In this document: in pieces, positions 62,432 to 64,000 of the stretch
How positions within the stretch are numbered: the stretch's first letter is position 1
Layout: the number at the start of each line of letters is the position of its first letter
Assembly: GCA_002269645.1 (NCBI GenBank)
Contig: NIVC01002360.1
Span: 89,397 to 153,396 of the forward strand
Length of the DNA: 64,000 nt
Source of the DNA: Macrostomum lignano
Lineage: Eukaryota
Reading direction: 5' to 3'
The notes under the pieces: generated by a model
The model's database searches: none
The model's input: the letters and a program-made list of their open reading frames with translations, nothing else
What the model was told of the DNA's origin: nothing
Program-made: the position numbers and the translations under genes

Positions 62432-63151
62432 TCAGGCCGCTGCCGCAAACCCCTGGGAGTCGTCAGCGAAGGCAGCTCGGAGTCCGGTGGCGGCGCCGGC
62501 TGCAGCGACAGACTCGCCGGCCTGCGGCTGCGGCGGCTCATGTGGAGTCTGCGGTGTCGGCGGCGCCGCCAGCCAGACAGACGAAGGCGAAGAGGGCGAC
62601 GAGGAGAGGAACTGCGAGTCATCGGCGTCCGCGGCCATCGGGCCGGGCAACTGCATGCGCCCGGTGCGACCTCAGCTGCGCCTCCAGCTGGGCCGCTGGC
62701 AGCGGCCAGCTCGGCCACCTCTGCCTCCAGGTCCCGTTGGCCGCCTCCAGATCCCTGACACAGTCGGCCAGCGTCTCCAGCCGGTCCTGACGGCGCTGCC
62801 GGCACTTGGCAGCCGCGGCCCGGTTCCGCTCGCGCCGCCTGGCCAGACGGTAAGAGTTCAGGCTAGCTGCGCGGGTCGCGGCGCCTGCTGAGGCGGCACC
62901 TGCGGAGCAACGGCGGCGGCGGAGCTGATGACGACCTCCTGGCTGGCTGGCCAGGCCTGCAGGTCGATGGCAGCGGGGACCATCGCCAGCTGCTGATGCT
63001 GGAGCGCTGCTGCACTGCCGGGCGGCCGCCAGCACAATCTGCTGCTGAGGCTCGCGATTCTCCAGATCGTTCGGCGTCTTGGCGATGAGGAACTCGCTGA
63101 AGTAGCCGGTGTCGGTGCGGCGGTGTCGCAGGAACTTCAGACTTTCACCAT
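62432..63151 (-). pseudogene. Intronless Fos/ATF3-like bZIP gene with several 1-bp frameshifts (pseudogene or consensus errors)
   Basis: GCCACCATGG Kozak at 63151. RRRERNRAAAAKCRQRRQDRLETLADCVRDLEAAN; the zipper continues as RDLEAEVAELAAAS and QLEAQLRSH in shifted frames. Confidence 0.8.
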
Positions 63152-63257
63152 GGTGGCAAGCGGTTGCTTTCAGTCTTCTGTTAGTGTAGCTTCGCTCTGG
63201 ATTTCCCGCGTATTCTGCTTGGGCTTGGGGAAAGAGCCTTGAAGATCTTGGCCAGTA

Positions 63258-63438
63258 TTTATATAGGGTATTCCCGCTGGCTGACTCATGCTGCTAATTT
63301 TATCCGCTATTTTTAGCGCATGAGCCATGCATGAGCGGGAGAGGAGAGGGCCACGCCAAGCGGAATTCCAAAGTTAGGCAAAGCCGAACGGCTGCTAAAA
63401 TTAGATCGGTCTGCAGCGGCTTCAGGCGAGTGACGCCA
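63258..63438 (-). promoter_or_regulatory. Immediate-early-type promoter: TATA, AP-1, two MEF2 sites, CRE-like site
   Basis: TATATAAA 63258-63265 (minus), TGACTCA 63282-63288, CTATTTTTAG 63307-63316, CTAAAATTAG 63395-63404, TGACGCCA 63431-63438. Confidence 0.65.
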
Positions 63439-63644
63439 TTGGCGCTCTGGAGTACAGTTGGAGAGAGAGACAGAATGGACACTTTCGGGTGCTATATTTT
63501 CTAAGTGCAGCGCTAGCTTTGGTGTGATAGAGAGGCGAATCGGTGCAACTTGGCTTGTTTTGAAGTCGGTACAAAATTTTCTAAAAATATCTCAGTAAAT
63601 TTCCATTTCACATAAAGTCGTGAGCGCAACTACATGTACCTCAT

Positions 63645-64000
63645 TTGTCGTGAGCGCTACTACCATCAGACGCTTCAGTGAGCGCCTCTACCTCATCTCT
63701 CAGACTTTCAGTGAGCGCCTCTACCTCATCTCAGTCGCTTCATTGAGTGCCTAGCTACCTGCATCTCAGTCGCTTCAGTGAGCGCCAAGCTACCTCCATC
63801 TCAGTAGCTTCAGTGAGTGCCTAGCTACCTCATCTCAGTAGCTTCAGTGAGTGCCTAGCTACCTCATCTCAGTAGCTTCAGTGAGCGCCTAGCTACCTCA
63901 TCTCAGTAGCTTCAGTGAGTGCCTAGCTACCTCATCTCAGTAGCTTCAGTGAGCGCTCTACATGTAGCTACCTCATCTCAGTAGCTTCAGTGAGCGCCTC
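63645..64000. repeat. 34-bp minisatellite GCTACCTCATCTCAGTAGCTTCAGTGAGTGCCTA, running off the window
   Basis: Tandem repeats. Confidence 0.93.

Overview
This is eukaryotic (animal) genomic DNA with GC-rich exons, AT-rich intergenic DNA and minisatellite-filled introns. The style resembles a flatworm such as Macrostomum, which is an inference only. Host genes reconstructed by hand from splice sites: a class A peptide-type GPCR, a GT32/DXD glycosyltransferase, a DUF4743/YJR142W-type Nudix hydrolase, SLU7, a short Eco1/ESCO acetyltransferase, a divergent ankyrin-TRP channel-like gene with almost no pore loop, and two tandem bZIP genes with immediate-early-type promoters. Mobile DNA is heavily nested. 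A truncated RNase H LINE sits inside a decayed piggyBac. A near-intact Chapaev (CMC) transposon with 370-bp TIRs sits inside a mariner. A full-length Ingi-like LINE carries a 5' HDV-like ribozyme, a 2A peptide and a PHD finger. That LINE interrupts a four-exon Ulp1/SENP-protease + PHD gene that the ORF track misses, and this gene lies between inverted arrays of a 73-bp unit about 11 kb apart. Also present are MITEs, two tRNA-derived SINE copies, a Gypsy gag-protease relic and about 20 tandem arrays. All calls are from reading the sequence; no searches were run.
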